A stretch of DNA of 64,000 nucleotides from Octopus vulgaris (taxonomy: Eukaryota). Shown here one piece after another: positions 39,330-53,569 of this stretch (its first letter is position 1; every line of letters begins with the position of its first letter). Below the pieces are notes generated by a model. That model had not been told where the DNA came from, searched no databases, and saw only the letters and a list, made by a program, of their open reading frames with translations. Location: positions 5,208,001-5,272,000 of the forward strand of contig OX597841.1 of the NCBI GenBank assembly GCA_951406725.2. The letters are read 5' to 3'. Made by a program: the position numbers and the translations under genes.

Positions 39330-40200
39330 CGTAACCATTTCGTTATATATTAATCATGAAATCAGATTTTATTGCTGTCTCGATAACGGCGGAAGGGAGA
39401 TAACTCGGACGTAAACTGGCTGACAACATTTTAGCGAATATCAAAAATATTTGTGTCTGCTTTGATAATTTCATGAATTTGAGGTCTTGTTCTGTTATAA
39501 AACATTAATGGATTAACATAATCAATAGACAGCATAAAGCTTTACAGCAGATTGTAATTATTACAAATACTTCAGTAATAATGTCCTTCCTCCAGCTGGT
39601 TGTGAATTTTCCGCCACTCCTAGTCAAACCGGATCGAGCAAACTCATGGTCAAGCACTGTCACATCCAGTCTTTTCATGGATATCTACGGATATATTTTA
39701 TTACATTGTGTCTTTCCCTATCATGTAGGTATAATGTGGTTCGCTGTTGACTTGGCTGGTATCAGCACAGCGAGAAGACCACATACAGATCATCCCGCCA
39801 GTTTAGAGAACAAATCACCAACCATAAATTATTTCGGATGTCGTTTCGTAATCTAAAACTGTACAAATTTTATTTCTTCCGAAGAGATTAATTCACAAGA
39901 AACAATACACATTGCTTCTAAGAAGGTCTCTCATTTATAGAAGTGTGAATGTCAACACTAAAAATATTTTTTCTCATCGCACTTCCGAATGGAATATTTA
40001 GGCATTTTTTAGATCGCCTAATATTTAACTTTGTTTTTATCGTTAATATTATGTAGATCCAGGGATCTAAGGTAAACAAAGCCAACATTTTAAACTAAGG
40101 AGTGAAATTTGAAAAAAATTTCGCATTTGCCACCTCCGACATCTAAAACGTAAGAATCCGTAAAATACACTTTTCTAGGAGGTGCGATGTTAAAAAAAAA
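39330..40200. repeat. ~870-bp segment duplicated in inverted orientation at 51125-51990
   Basis: ORFs 39581-39856(+) and 51472-51765(-) are homologous; the flanks also align. Confidence 0.85.
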
Positions 40201-41691
40201 AAAGCCTCATAGCCAAGCATTCTTTCATGGATATTTAGGGATATATTTTATTATATTGTGTCCTTTTCATGTGAAATTAAAGTGTTCATTTTTTTGTTAA
40301 GAAAGTTACTAAAAAATATGAATAAAGAAATAAAAGCAAACTCTTTTGAAAAGAGAAAAGTAGAAATTACAAAAGAAATACTGCGACAAAATGAAATTAA
40401 AGAGAATCATTTTATCAACGCAAAACATCGTGTGTGTATGGAACTGAATATGGTCTTGCTCATTTGAGATTTGGCTGTTATTTCTAGCGTGTGGATAGCC
40501 TGCTTGAAGGCCAAGAATTGGGAGGAGAGGGGTGTTGGGAGTATTTTGTCATTCCTTTTTAAAAAATTGAAATTTTACAATGTTTTTTTTTTTTTACAGA
40601 ATCATAATCTTCGTATTTCGCAAAAGAAAATTTCCAGAAAAAGTGGAAAATGAAGAATAGGGTGGCGGTTATGGGGGGTGGGCCTGGAAATTGAAATTTT
40701 GAATTTGCGATTTTCGAAAAATCTTTTTTTCAGAATCGGATTCTCTATAGCCGAAAACGTGGGTTTCCGGGAAGAAAAAAATCGATGTATATCCATTTTC
40801 CTGAAAGCTATGAGGGAAAAATCGGATCTTGTGAAAATTTGCACAAATTTGTGCAACTTTTTTTTCATTTTCGTTCTCTACACAGTTGTTAACACCCAGT
40901 AGGCTGGCTTTTATTATGTTTTCGTCAACAGATGGGGATCTTTATATTGATCCCTCCCCCCAGAGTAATTTTGGTCAATTTTCTTGGCATGATGCACTTA
41001 TAAACCATGGGAGAAAACTAAACGACAGGTGATTTAAGGGAGATTTGGCTGTTATTTGTAGCACTTCTCATGACCACTCCTGTTTCATTGACACAAACGT
41101 GTATTTCAATATTTGGTCAATGTTTTACTTTGACTCCCGGTCACCAAAGAAAAAAATCCCGGTCTAATAGGTTTTAAAAAATGTGTAGAAAACGAATATG
41201 AAAAATTTGCGCAAACAAAAGAGAGTGGGTGGAGAGAGGACCTTCGGAAAATTCACACGATCCGATTTTTCCCTCGTAACTTTCAGGAAAATAGGTATCT
41301 TTTAGTGAAAGTTTATACAACTGTTTTTCAAACGGCATTGGTTACGATTATAAAGAAATTTGTAAGAGAAAAGCTTTTACAACTCGAGTGGGGAGAGGTG
41401 TTTCGGGTCAAGAAAACCACGAAATTTGGTATTTCTCCGTTTTGACGGGGATTTTCCAATTGTTTTTCATCACAGCCTTCGAAATGCCAATTTATGAAAA
41501 AACGGTTTGGAAAAGTTTTACCCTTCCCACCACCTTGAAGATACCAATTAGACCACACGCTTGCTCCATTGGTGATATAAGCATCAACAACAAATATGGT
41601 TGTGTGTCTAAGAAAGAAACATTTTCTAACAGAAAGTATGCTATTTAAAAGTAATTATCTCTTACATACCATGCCAGAAATTACCTCAGTA

Positions 41692-42098
41692 TAGGCGCAG
41701 GAGTGGCTGTGTGGTAAGTAGCTTGCTAACCAACCACATGGTTCCGGGTTCAGTCCCACTGCGTGGCATCTCGGGCAAGTGTCTTCTGCTATAGCCCCGG
41801 GCCGACAAATGCCTTGTGAGTGGATTTGGTAGACGGAAAATGAAAGAAGCCTGTCGTATATATGTATATATATATATATCAGTGTGTATGTATATGTTTG
41901 TGTGTCTGTGTTTGTCCCCCTAGCATAGCTTGATAACCGGTGCTGGTGAGTTTATGTCCCCGTTACTTAGCGGTTCGGCAAAAGAGACCGATAGAATAAG
42001 TACTGGGCTTACAAAAAGAATAAGTCCCGGGGTCGAGTTGCTCGACTAAAGGCGGTGCTCCAGCATGGCCGCAGTCAAATGACTGAAACAAGTAAATG
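41692..42098 (+). mobile_element. SINE family A
   Basis: Full length. Confidence 0.9.
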
Positions 42099-42747
42099 AG
42101 AAAATGAGAGTCTCCCCAATATTTTAAATTATAAACAGAAACAATCGGGACTGAAAGAAAATTATAAATCTTCAATTTTTTTTTTATAGTATAAATGTGT
42201 TTATGGGAAGAAAAATATTGTAAAACATCAAGACATGCGCGAGCAACGACGAGGATTGTCCTGGGATGTGCTAGAAACGAGAGCTAAATCTCACTTTTAC
42301 CTCTGAAAATAATTACGATTTTCTAATTCTTTTACCGAAAAGTATTTAAGAGCAAAAAATTTGGTCCGGAAGGCGGGAGTTTAAACATATAAAAAAGTGG
42401 TATTTCTGATCCGAAACTGTTTTCCCTACCCACTGGAAAAAGACTCCCTAAAAATTCTGAATTGCAATCTATGCTATTTGAAAGATATCTGTATAAACTT
42501 TCATGAAAAGGTACCCATCTTTCCTGAAAGTTATGAGGGAAAAATCGGATCGTGTGAATTTCCCGAAAGCCATCTCCCTCGTTCGCTTGCCCAAATTCGT
42601 TTTAGATCTTTTTACACCTATTAGCCTTTTTTTTTTACTTACATTGATGACCAATATTTTTCGGCAAATTTCGATACATTTATATCTTTAATATAAGAAA
42701 TACTAAATTTCTAAATCTCTCGTAGAGACATGTACGGTGGTGGGGCG

Positions 42748-42901
42748 ATAGAATGGTTGTATACTGTCAATCTAACACGAACGTGACAGTAGGGGTACAC
42801 CACCGCTGTTTAGCCCTAGGAAATGCTTCCTAGGGCTATACAGCGGTGGTACACCCCTACTGTCACGTTCGTGTTAGATTGACAGTATACAACCAGTCTA
42901 T
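42748..42901. repeat. Fold-back palindrome, sibling of 18490-18744
   Basis: Same leader TTTCTAAATCTCTCRTAGAGACATGTACGG; different turn point. Confidence 0.93.
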
Positions 42902-43541
42902 ACTTTTAATAAAATTCTGAAATTCCAACTTTTTCACCCTCATCCCTTATTTATAATGTTAAAATATCAGAGAGGTCATTGCTGGGAGTCATCCTACAGT
43001 AACTTATAAAGGGTTGTGTAAAATATTTCTTTTAATAGAATTTTCCCAAATGTTTCAATCATCTTTTCTTACTTAAATCCCAGCAATGGACAACGCGTGA
43101 GTCACTCCGGCTGTAAAACATCAACATGTGAGTGACAAAGAAACGAAGCGTGGGCTAGAAACAACAGCCAAACCTCCCTTATATCAAACCTTTGTAAGCA
43201 ACTCGACCTAGTTTAAACTAAGCCCCGACACGCGCAATTCGGATAGATTGGTAAGAACATGTCCACATCACAGCACCGCCTGCCCGCTCTCTCTGTTAAC
43301 ACCGTATCCGCTTATTGTATCGCCACTGCCCTTAACATCCAAGAAATTATTGTCAGAAAGAAGTTACTTAAAGGATAAAAATTGCTGTCCACGATACGAT
43401 CTCTTGGGTAATCTGTATTTATAAAAAAAAACGGATTGGTGTTCTTTTACCGTTTCCTATGTTAGAAACGGGCAAAACAAACCACCCGCATTAAAGAATC
43501 GCAAAGAAAACCGGCAAGAAGACTATGTGTAGAAAATGAGG

Positions 43542-43557
43542 GGCCCTGAAAAGGGCC
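43542..43557 (-). terminator. Histone 3' stem-loop (H2A #3)
   Basis: rc GGCCCTTTTCAGGGCC. Confidence 0.95.
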
Positions 43558-43591
43558 GTTACAGGAAGGCAAACGCCATCAGCGGAAGCGC

Positions 43592-43969
43592 TTACTTGGA
43601 AGCCTTCTGGGTCTTCTTGGGGAGAAGAACAGCCTGGATGTTGGGAAGAACACCACCTTGGGCGATGGTCACTCCAGACAAAAGTTTGTTCAACTCCTCG
43701 TCGTTACGGATGGCCAACTGCAAATGACGGGGAATAATTCTGGATTTCTTGTTGTCTCTGGCAGCATTTCCTGCCAATTCCAACACTTCGGCAGCCAAAT
43801 ATTCCATAACAGCAGCCAAGTAGACTGGAGCTCCGGCACCAACACGTTGGGCATAGTTTCCCTTACGGAGAAGACGGTGGATACGACCGACAGGGAACTG
43901 AAGTCCAGCACGGGATGAACGGGTCTTGCTCTTTCCCTTCACTTTTCCTCCTTTACCACGTCCAGACAT
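43592..43969 (-). CDS. H2A: Histone H2A
   Basis: Identical protein; ATG at 43969. Confidence 0.99.
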   Translation of the reverse strand: MSGRGKGGKVKGKSKTRSSRAGLQFPVGRIHRLLRKGNYAQRVGAGAPVYLAAVMEYLAAEVLELAGNAARDNKKSRIIPRHLQLAIRNDEELNKLLSGVTIAQGGVLPNIQAVLLPKKTQKASK

Positions 43970-44221
43970 TTTCAAAGTTCGATACTAGTTTGTAACAAAA
44001 CAGCGAAGTGAATTTTTTTCTTCAGCTTTTCGCCTTTAAATACTGCTTAGTCGGCTCCAGCAGTCGAGAAGCAGGTGAAAAATAAGCGGGCTTTTGTCAC
44101 GTGACATAGTTGTCAAATTCAACCAATGAAAATGAACGGCGCCGATTTGCAAAAATGTTCATCTGCTGAGCCTACTTGACAGCTATAAATAGGGTAGCTG
44201 CGGAGTTAACAGCAGCACATC

Positions 44222-44599
44222 ATGCCACCAGCACCAGCTACCGCTTCGAAGGGAGCCAAGAAGGCTTCCAAGGCTAAAGCTTCACGTCCCGCAGGAGACA
44301 AGAAGCGCAAGAAGAAGAGGAAGGAAAGTTATTCCATCTACATCTACAAAGTAATGAAACAAGTCCACCCCGACACTGGTATTTCCAGCAAAGCTATGTC
44401 CATCATGAACAGTTTCGTCAACGATTTGTTCGAAAGAATAGCTTCTGAATCCAGCCGTTTGGCTCACTACAACAAACGTTCAACCATCAGTAGCCGTGAG
44501 GTGCAGACTGCTGTCCGTCTGCTTCTCCCTGGTGAGTTGGCTAAGCACGCCGTCTCTGAAGGTACCAAGGCTGTTACCAAATACACCAGCAGCAAGTAA
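44222..44599 (+). CDS. H2B: Histone H2B (one T>A change in the N-tail)
   Basis: KAKASRP versus KAKTSRP in the other two copies. Confidence 0.99.
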   Translation: MPPAPATASKGAKKASKAKASRPAGDKKRKKKRKESYSIYIYKVMKQVHPDTGISSKAMSIMNSFVNDLFERIASESSRLAHYNKRSTISSREVQTAVRLLLPGELAKHAVSEGTKAVTKYTSSK

Positions 44600-44622
44600 A
44601 TCTTGGTCTCTTGAAAAAAAAC

Positions 44623-44638
44623 GGTCCTTTTTAGGACC
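44623..44638 (+). terminator. Histone 3' stem-loop (H2B #3)
   Basis: GGTCCTTTTTAGGACC. Confidence 0.92.
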
Positions 44639-45749
44639 ATCTATATTTTCGTGATTGTAAACTATCGATTTTCTATTGATCTGCGATTTTAGTTCGTTAC
44701 TCACCACATAGGTGTGTTGCGCGAAGACGATGCCACTTTTTTCCCTTTGTAGTCAGCACCGTGCGTCTTGCCTTCTACACAAGCAACCAGCGAGCGAGCT
44801 TGTCACTACCATTACCGTATTTTCCGGTGAAGAAGCCACTATTTGTTTTATTTTAAATCTAATAAAGAGTTGTATTGACGGAATATTTGTAGTAAAACTA
44901 AAGCGTTACGCCATTCAGAGAATCGAAAAAAATGTGTGTAATAGGTGTAAAACAACTTCCTCTGAACGAATATGAAAAAAAGATGCCCGCACGCGAAAGG
45001 GGGTGGGGGAGAGGCCTCGGAAAATTCACATCGGGAGTTTCCGAAAGCGTCCTGGGCACCAAAACAAAAAGAAATAGTGTAATGTGTAAAACAACTTGCT
45101 CTAAACGAATATGAAAAAAAAAATGCGCACTCGCGAAAGAGGGGTGGGGGAGAGGCCTCGGAAAATTCATATCGGGAATTTCTGGTAGTGTTTGAGAAGA
45201 GTGGTCCCTACGCTTGTGCGCGTATGCAAATTAATAGATGGGTTTCTTTACACAAAGTAAATGGGTTTTTTTTATAGAGTAAATACAATGACAATACGGT
45301 ACTGTTTGAGAGGAGTGGTCCCTACGCTTGTGCGCGTATGCAAATTAATAGATGGGTTTCTTTACACGAAGTAAATGATTTTACAAAGTAATTATTTTTG
45401 AAAAGCAAAATTAACACCTGTTTTTAGCACCCGCCGACCGAATTTGTATGAACATTTGTTATAGGATCGACAATTTTTGGAATGGGTTTATCTTGCAATT
45501 AGCTCCTAATCTATTTACGTTGTTTAGAAAGAACAATTTATTTAACTTGATTTACTCGTAAATCAAGTCCTTTTTAGGGGCTACTGCCGTCACACCTTGA
45601 AAATGCATTTTTTAAGAAAATTATTTGTCAGATGAAAGTGCACCCGTTAACAAGAGCAAAAAGAGGCAGCCTACTGGGTGCGCAAACGAACCTAGGGAGT
45701 GGGTACCCTCGGAAAATTCACAAGAACCGATTATTCCCTTGCAACTTTC

Positions 45750-46155
45750 GGCGATCTTTCGTCTCTAGTAGACCTTTCCGTAAAACATTTTTTTTTTTTA
45801 CATATGGGCTTGCGGGAACTTTTGAAGTAATATACATACATATACACATACACCGAGTAAAAATTTCAGTTATCTCTTTCACACATTACTCTGTCTCTTC
45901 ACACACACTAACAGAAGCACTTCACTTACACAACATACTGTCTGTCTCCCACACCCCATCAAACACACACACACACATGTACACCAATGCTTGCCATGCA
46001 CGGTAACTTCAAAAGAACTTCCCTCGTCATACAATCGCTTTCTCTTAGTCTCTTTCGCTCTCATTACTTCAAAAGTTCCCGCAAGCCCATATGTTAAAAA
46101 AAAAATTTTTTTTACGGAAATCGACGGAAAGGTCTACTAGAGACGAAAGATTGCC
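45750..46155. mobile_element. Merlin-like MITE (copy 4)
   Basis: Same TIRs; no TSD. Confidence 0.8.
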
Positions 46156-46651
46156 AACAGCTATTTCCGTTTGACGTAATTTTTCAACGCATAACGAAAG
46201 AATACCGAGGTGGTCGTGGGATGTGCTTGTAATAGCTAAATCTCCATAAAAACACCCTATCGTCTGAAAATGTAATTTTGTAAACAAATGGTTTTAAGTG
46301 TGTAGTGCCAATAAAGTCTAGTGGAGGGGTGAAAATTAATTTTTCAAAATATTTGTTTATGGACATGCTATAATTTTAATTCCGTGAGAATCAATTTGTG
46401 GGCGTATTTTATATTTGTTTCTTTTTTCCTTGTAAATAACTGCTACTGTTTGCCAATAGTGAGGTTGAAAGGTCAATAATGTAAACATGAGTGCCTTATC
46501 CATGTACATTTAGGACGATCCCACATATTAAAATAGCCTTCAGCTGCACTTATGCAGAGCTCTTTGGGAGTAATATTGATTTTCGCAAAAACATACACAA
46601 CCCGATATCCAAATCATTAAACCATCGGGTTTCGGGCGACCACGCATAGTG

Positions 46652-48803
46652 TTAAACCCGGTCAAAAAAACTTGTGTAATAAGTGCAAAACAACTTCCTC
46701 TGAACGAATATGAAAAAAAATGCGCGCACGCGAAAGGAGAGTGGGGAGAGGCCTCGGAAGATTTGCATCGGGAATTTCCGAAAGCGTCTGACCCGGGCAC
46801 CAAAACAAAAAAAAAATAGTGTAATATGTGTAAAACAACCTCCTCTGAACGAATATGAAAAAAAAATGCGCGCACGCGAAAGGGGGTGGTGGGAGAGAGG
46901 CCTCGGAAAATTTACATCTTCAGTCCACGGCCTTTAAACTAAGAAAAAAAATAGTGTAATTGGTGTAAAACTACTTGTTCTAAACGATTATCAAGAACAC
47001 ACACTCACACATGAATCATAAACTCCGCATTTTTGTACGTATTTCGCAAAAAAAAAAAGAGAGAAATTCTGGAAAAAGTGAAGAAATTTTAAAGTTAAAG
47101 AAAACATTCCTTATGAGATAACTTAATTTCACTTGTTAGTACCATGTTTTTCTACAAGATCTTTTCAAGAAATAGTTACATAAACACACTTAGGTGATAT
47201 TTCTTTATTACCCACAAGGGGCTAACGAAGAGGGGGACAATACATCATGATTTGGGGTCATGAGACACGGATGAAATTTACATATAAATGATCTTTAAAA
47301 ATTATTACATGAGATTGAGAACAAAAATCGAAGAAATCGAATGATACACAAATTTTTACAGCACAACATAAAAACGACACATGAAGTGGGAACACCGGGA
47401 TTGCCGACCCCACGAGCCCTGTTTTTCCCACCGAAACTCGGCAGCCAACTTACAGCGAAACATTCTTTGATTGGTTTATTTATAATCCTTCCGAGTGAAT
47501 ATACATATATCGCAGTTAATCTTTTTCTTGCTGTCAACTAATAGATGACCTGCTGGTAATTGAAATGAAAATATTCTGAAATTAGAGCAAGACATATGCA
47601 AATTGTTAGGCTTTTTGGAAAATTATGATTAATATAGGCGCAGGAGTGGCTGTGTGGTAAGTAGCTTGCCTACCAACCACATGGTTCAGTCCCACTGCGT
47701 GGCACCTTGGGCAAGTGTCTTCTGCTATAGCCCCGACCCGACCAAAACTTTGAGTGGACTTGGTAGACGGAGACTGAAAGAAGCCCGTCGTATATATGTA
47801 TATATATATATATGTGCGTGTACGTAAGTCCCGGGGTCGAGTTGCTCGACTAAAGGCGGTGCTCTAGCATGGCCGCAGTCAACTGACTGAAACAAGTAAA
47901 ATGTTACTTTGTTATTCTAGACTTAGGGAGGAACGACCAAATTTATCTCACTACCTATTTTTCCACTGAACAAATTTTAAAACACCTGACATTTGTTTGA
48001 TAGATAAATAGATACCCGAGAATTTTAAAAGGGTACATTACAAACGTACATTTATATTATTCTTTTAAAAAATGATCTGCTTACTTTTTATTTTTATTTT
48101 ACTATTTTTACTGGAACTTATTACTATTATACAGTATAGTATAACCTATTGTAGCCGACTAAATAAACAACTGGCGGCAATCTTGCTACGCTAGTAAAAC
48201 GGATGCTTATCCGAAATGGAGAAAATACTTATGAACTTTATCAGGCCAAATAAAATTCGGTAAAAACGACTAAGCGAAGAGAAAGACGAATCCATATATG
48301 CATTGTCACTTGATTTATATATAGTTAGATTCTGACACGCATTTTGATTCACATGGCGGAGATCCAACATTTCACTTTTTCCAGAATTTCTTTAATTTTT
48401 TTTTTTTTTTGCGAAATACGTACAAAAATACGGAGTTTGATTCATGTGAGTGTATGTTCTTGATACTCGTTTAGAACAAGTAGTTTTACACCCAATTACA
48501 CTATTTTTTTCTTAGTTTAAAGGCCGTGGACTGAAGATGTGAAATTTCCGAGGCCTCTCCCCCATCCCCCTTTCGCGAGCGCGCATTTTTTCATCATATT
48601 CGTTTAGAGCAATTTGTTTTACACCTATTACACTATTTTTGTTTTTGTGCCCGGGTCAGACGCTTTCGGAAATTCCCGATGTAAATTTTCCGAGGCCTCT
48701 CCCCAACTCCCCTTTCGCGTGCGCACATCTTTTTCTCATATTCGTTTAGAAGTTGTTTTACGCCTATTACAGAAATTGGCAATCTTTCTTTGACCGGGTT
48801 TAA
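46652..48803. mobile_element. Foldback-like element with ~440-bp internally repetitive inverted arms
   Basis: TTAAACCCGGTCAAA at 46652 and TTTGACCGGGTTTAA ending at 48803; arms 46652-47092 and 48371-48803; related subrepeats at 44930-45185. Confidence 0.7.
47636..47901 (+). mobile_element. SINE family A, internally deleted
   Basis: Head joined to the distal tail. Confidence 0.85.
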
Positions 48804-49051
48804 CGCTTTAGTTTAACAGAAAGATCGTGGATCCGCTCGTAAACAAAAGCAAAACAAGAACGGGTTTAACCCTGAGTTTAAAATGGAAAATCGAAAAAAA
48901 AAAATGCAAAAGGCAAAACTTTGAAAAAGCTGCAAACTGTGAAACAAACGAAAAAGATTGAGAAACTCAAGGAAGAAACCGAAGCAGATATTCAAACTAA
49001 ATCTACTTAAGCATATCGAAAAGGTGAGGTGGCTTACATTAAGATATGAGT

Positions 49052-49067
49052 GGCCCTGAAAAGGGCC
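49052..49067 (-). terminator. Histone 3' stem-loop (H4 #2)
   Basis: rc GGCCCTTTTCAGGGCC. Confidence 0.95.
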
Positions 49068-49115
49068 GGGTTTTGTCGCTACTCACGACCTCGAAGTTAG
49101 AAAAACTTCACCAGT

Positions 49116-49430
<315 letters not shown>

Positions 49431-49704
49431 TCAGAAGTATAGTTACTTACAAGCAAAAATGCATTAACGGACAGCTTTTGTAGCAAGTATTTATACACAG
49501 CACGCAGACGTAGCAGAGAACACCCCAACTTAGAAATCACGTGTCTAAATCAGCGTATCATAGTAATGCGTTCGGCAGCTGCTGTTTCGCGCTTTGTCTT
49601 TGCGTATTGAGAGAATGTGTTGGCGCTTAATTTTGTTTGTATGTAAAAAGTTTAGCCCACTGCTGCAGTGTATATAAAGCGTACCAGCTGCCTGCGCATT
49701 ATAG

Positions 49705-50136
<432 letters not shown>

Positions 50137-50170
50137 GTTGAAAATAATGAAGCTAATGCTTTATCCCAAC

Positions 50171-50186
50171 GGCCCTTTTCAGGGCC
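50171..50186 (+). terminator. Histone 3' stem-loop (H3 #2)
   Basis: GGCCCTTTTCAGGGCC. Confidence 0.95.
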
Positions 50187-50814
50187 TCTAAATTTTTTCG
50201 TAAAGTTTTGCTAACCCTTAAGATAGTGGTATGTTTCGTGTTCTTGTATCGTGAATTGTTTATTCGAAATAAAATCGATGTAATGTTCTTTTCCTGAAGC
50301 TGCGGATGGCGATTTAAGCATTGGACTTATTCGTTCCGCCAAGTGTAGTTCTAAATATGGTTCGGGAATTTCGGTGAAAATATGTCCAGCACGGTTTTGT
50401 TTTCCCGAATCGCTCGCTTGTTTTTTGTATTTGTGTCTATACGGATATTGCAGCATAAATGAACCGCGATGATCGTTAGTTTCTGTCTTAGATTTCGAGG
50501 CTTTAGTTGCGAGTGAATCGGAATGAATTGTCCGTTGGATCAGATTCCATTTCTTAGTAGTTTCAGGAAATCAAAAGTTGACTGGCGCTCACATTTCATA
50601 CTAACGCATAATGTCTGCAGAGTAGTCTAAATTGTGATGTATGCGCTTTCGATTTCACTGTAAATAGTTCCATTTCATCCACATGAACCCAAATCATTGT
50701 GTTGTCCCCATCTATGTAAACCCTTATGGGTAATAAAGAAATAGCATCCGATCTGAAAGGTATTTATTTGAAGAATACTTACGGACTGCCCGTTTTGGAA
50801 AATCTTACTCCCCT

Positions 50815-50866
50815 ATTGTGGTGAGAGCTTAAATGAAAATAAAGCCACTAGCCCTTTTCAGGGCTT
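50815..50866 (+). pseudogene. Orphan H3 3' end with stem-loop
   Basis: GTGGTGAGAGCTTAA followed by AGCCCTTTTCAGGGCT at 50850. Confidence 0.8.
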
Positions 50867-50900
50867 CGAAATTTATTTTCATCGCTACTTCGTGTACAAG

Positions 50901-51123
50901 GGGCGGCGAGCTGGCAGAATCGTTAGCACGCCGGGCGAAATGCGTAGCCGTGTTTCGTCTGCTGTTACATTCTGAGTTCAAATTCCGCCGAGGTTGACTT
51001 TGCCTTTCATCCTTTCGGGGTCGATAAATTAAGTACCAGTTACGCACTGGGGGTCGCTGTAATCGACTTAATCCGTTTGTTTGTCCCCTCTATGTTTAGC
51101 CCCTTGTGGGTAGTAAAGAAATA
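50901..51123 (+). mobile_element. tRNA-derived SINE family B (Nin-like domain)
   Basis: GGCGGCGAGCTGGCAGAA head, GAGTTCAAATTCC B box, TSD AAGGGGC. Confidence 0.88.
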
Positions 51124-52424
51124 AGGGGCTTTTTTTTAATATCGCACCTCCTTGAAAAGTGTATTTTACGGATTCTTACGTTTTAGATGTCGGAGATGGC
51201 AAATGCGAAATTTTTTTCAAATTTCACTCCTTAATTTAAAATTTTGCCTTTGTTTACCTTAGATCCCTGGATCTACATCATATTAACGATAAAGTTAAAT
51301 ATTAGGCGATCTAAAGAATGCCTAATTATTCCATTCGGTAGTGCGATGAGAAAAAATATTTTTAGTGTTGACATCACACTTCTGTAAATGAGAGACCATC
51401 TTAGAAACAATGTGTATTGTTATTGTTTCTTGTGAGTTAATCTCTTCGGAAGAAATAAAATTTGTACAGTTTTAGATTACGAAACGACATCTGAAATAAT
51501 TTATGGTTGGTGATTTGTTCTCTAAACTGGCGGGATGATCTGAATGTGGTCTTCTCGCTGTGCTGAAAACAGCCAAATCAACAGCTAACCACATTATACC
51601 TACATGAAAAGGAAAGGACACAATATAATAAAATATATCCCTAAATATCCATGAAAGAATGCTTGGCCATGAGTTTGCTCGATCCGGTTTGACTAGTGGT
51701 AGGGGAAGATTCACAACCAGCTGGAGGAAGGACGTTATTACTGCAGTTTTTGTATTAATCTGCAATAAAGCTTTATTCTATCTATAAATTGTGCAGATCC
51801 ATCAATGTTTTAGAACAGGACAAGACCTCAAATTCATAGAATTGTCAAAGCAGACACAAATATTTTTGATATTCCAGAATAAATTGTCAGCCGTTAAAAC
51901 CGTTTTTACTTCTGAGTTATCTCCCTTATACTGTTATCGCGACAATAAAATCTAATTTCCTGACGATTCATAGCCGGGTGGTTACGTTTGCTTTTTTGGG
52001 GGGTTTTGTATAATATATAAATATTATTTAAATATCGTAAAGCTTGCACAAATAAACCGCGGTGATCGTTAGTTTCAGTCTTGTGATATTTAGTGTGAAT
52101 TTTGAAGCTTTGGTTGCAAGTGAATCGGAACGAATTGTCAGAGATTCCATTTCTTTTTAGTTTAAAGGAGACAAAAGTTTAATGATCGCGCACATGACAT
52201 CTACAAAGTAAACTAAATTGTGATGTGTGCGCTTCCACATCCGATCTGCAAGGTATTTCGCCGAGGTCGACTTTGCCTTTCATCCTTTCGGGGTCGATGT
52301 AATCGACTTAATACCTATGTCTGTCCTTGTTTGTCCCCTCTGTGTTTTGCCCCTTGTGGGTAATAAAGAAATAGGTATTTATTTACAGAAGACCTATTTT
52401 AAAATATTCAATTTTATGCAGGAC

Positions 52425-52472
52425 TGGGAGCTTAAATGAAATTAACGAAACCACTAGCCCTTTTCAGGGCCT
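52425..52472 (+). pseudogene. Orphan H3 3' end with stem-loop
   Basis: GAGCTTAAATGAAA followed by AGCCCTTTTCAGGGCC at 52456. Confidence 0.75.
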
Positions 52473-52715
52473 CGATATCTATTTCCAAAGTTACTTTGTG
52501 TACACCGGGCATTTTTTTTTTTTTTTTTTAATATCGCAACTCCTTTAGAAGTGTGTTTTTCGGATTCCTACGTTTTAGATGGAGATTACGAATATGCGAA
52601 GGGAAAATCAGCTTTTCAAATTTCACCCCTTTCCCACTCGAATAAAAAAAAATTTGGCTTTGTTTACCTTAAAGAGATCTCAGCGAATTTGACCAACATG
52701 CAAATCGAAATCTCT

Positions 52716-53319
52716 CTCTATATATAAAGCTGAAGTTGTCTGTATATGGCAGGTTTGGTAGCCTTCAACTAACACTTTCTCCTCCAAGACCCTGCAGCGC
52801 AAGTTGACCAAAATTGAGAGTATGATAGAAGAAGGCTTGCTCTTCCTTCCGTAGAAGAAAAAATTCAAATCGGACCATGTTAACACCAAAAATTATTTAC
52901 ATAATAAAGGTGCTTTTTTTCTATGAAAATCCCTATTTTTTTACTATTTATAAAGCTGAAGTTGTCTGTATATGGCAGATTTGGTAGCCTTCAACTAACA
53001 CTATCTCCTCCGAGACCCTGCGGCGCAAGTTGACCAAAATTGAGAGTATGATAGAAGAAGGCTTGCTCTTTATTCCGTAGAAGAAAAAATTCAAATCGGA
53101 CCATGTTAACACCAAAACTTATTTACATCATAAAGGTGCTTTTTTCTATGAAAATCCCTATTTTTTACTGCTGTGTCGCTATTTTTCGGTGTATTTCAAC
53201 CAGAAATATGTTCACTTAAAGAGAATAACAAGCTACATAATGCAAAATTTTTACTTTTCAAAAATTCCAATTCTAAAGGGTCGAAACAAACCCGAGCAAC
53301 GCCGGGCGATACTGTTAGT
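52716..53319 (+). mobile_element. Non-autonomous Helitron with duplicated 5' part
   Basis: 5' TCTATATATAAA; 3' hairpin CCCGAGCAACGCCGGG then TGTTAG|T; partial copy at 61375-61645. Confidence 0.7.
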
Positions 53320-53569
53320 TAGTTATAAAGCGGAAAGAAATTGTTTTTTACTTGTTTGCCTTAAATAATTGTAAATGTGAATTAGATAAATATCATTTTA
53401 CGAGAAACGAACGTTAATGCCATGTTGGCATAACTACAGATTTTTGTCCCCACCCTAAATTTGGATGATCATAGCTTTCAGAAAAATGGATGTTTTCTAA
53501 TGAAATTTCCTACGAATATACAAGAATATTGATGATGCATACAATTCTTAGATGCCAATATCATTTGTT

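Noticed and set aside
39581-39856. Homologous ORF pair (39581 + / 51472 -) as a gene
   Set aside because: Lies within a larger duplicated segment, differs by indels and start position, and has no recognisable domain
45198-45367. Duplicated ATGCAAAT octamer near H2B
   Set aside because: Downstream of the gene inside a duplicated repeat end, and absent from the actual promoters
48830-48995. Lys-rich stretch as possible histone H1
   Set aside because: Interrupted by a stop; no globular winged-helix motif and no stem-loop of its own
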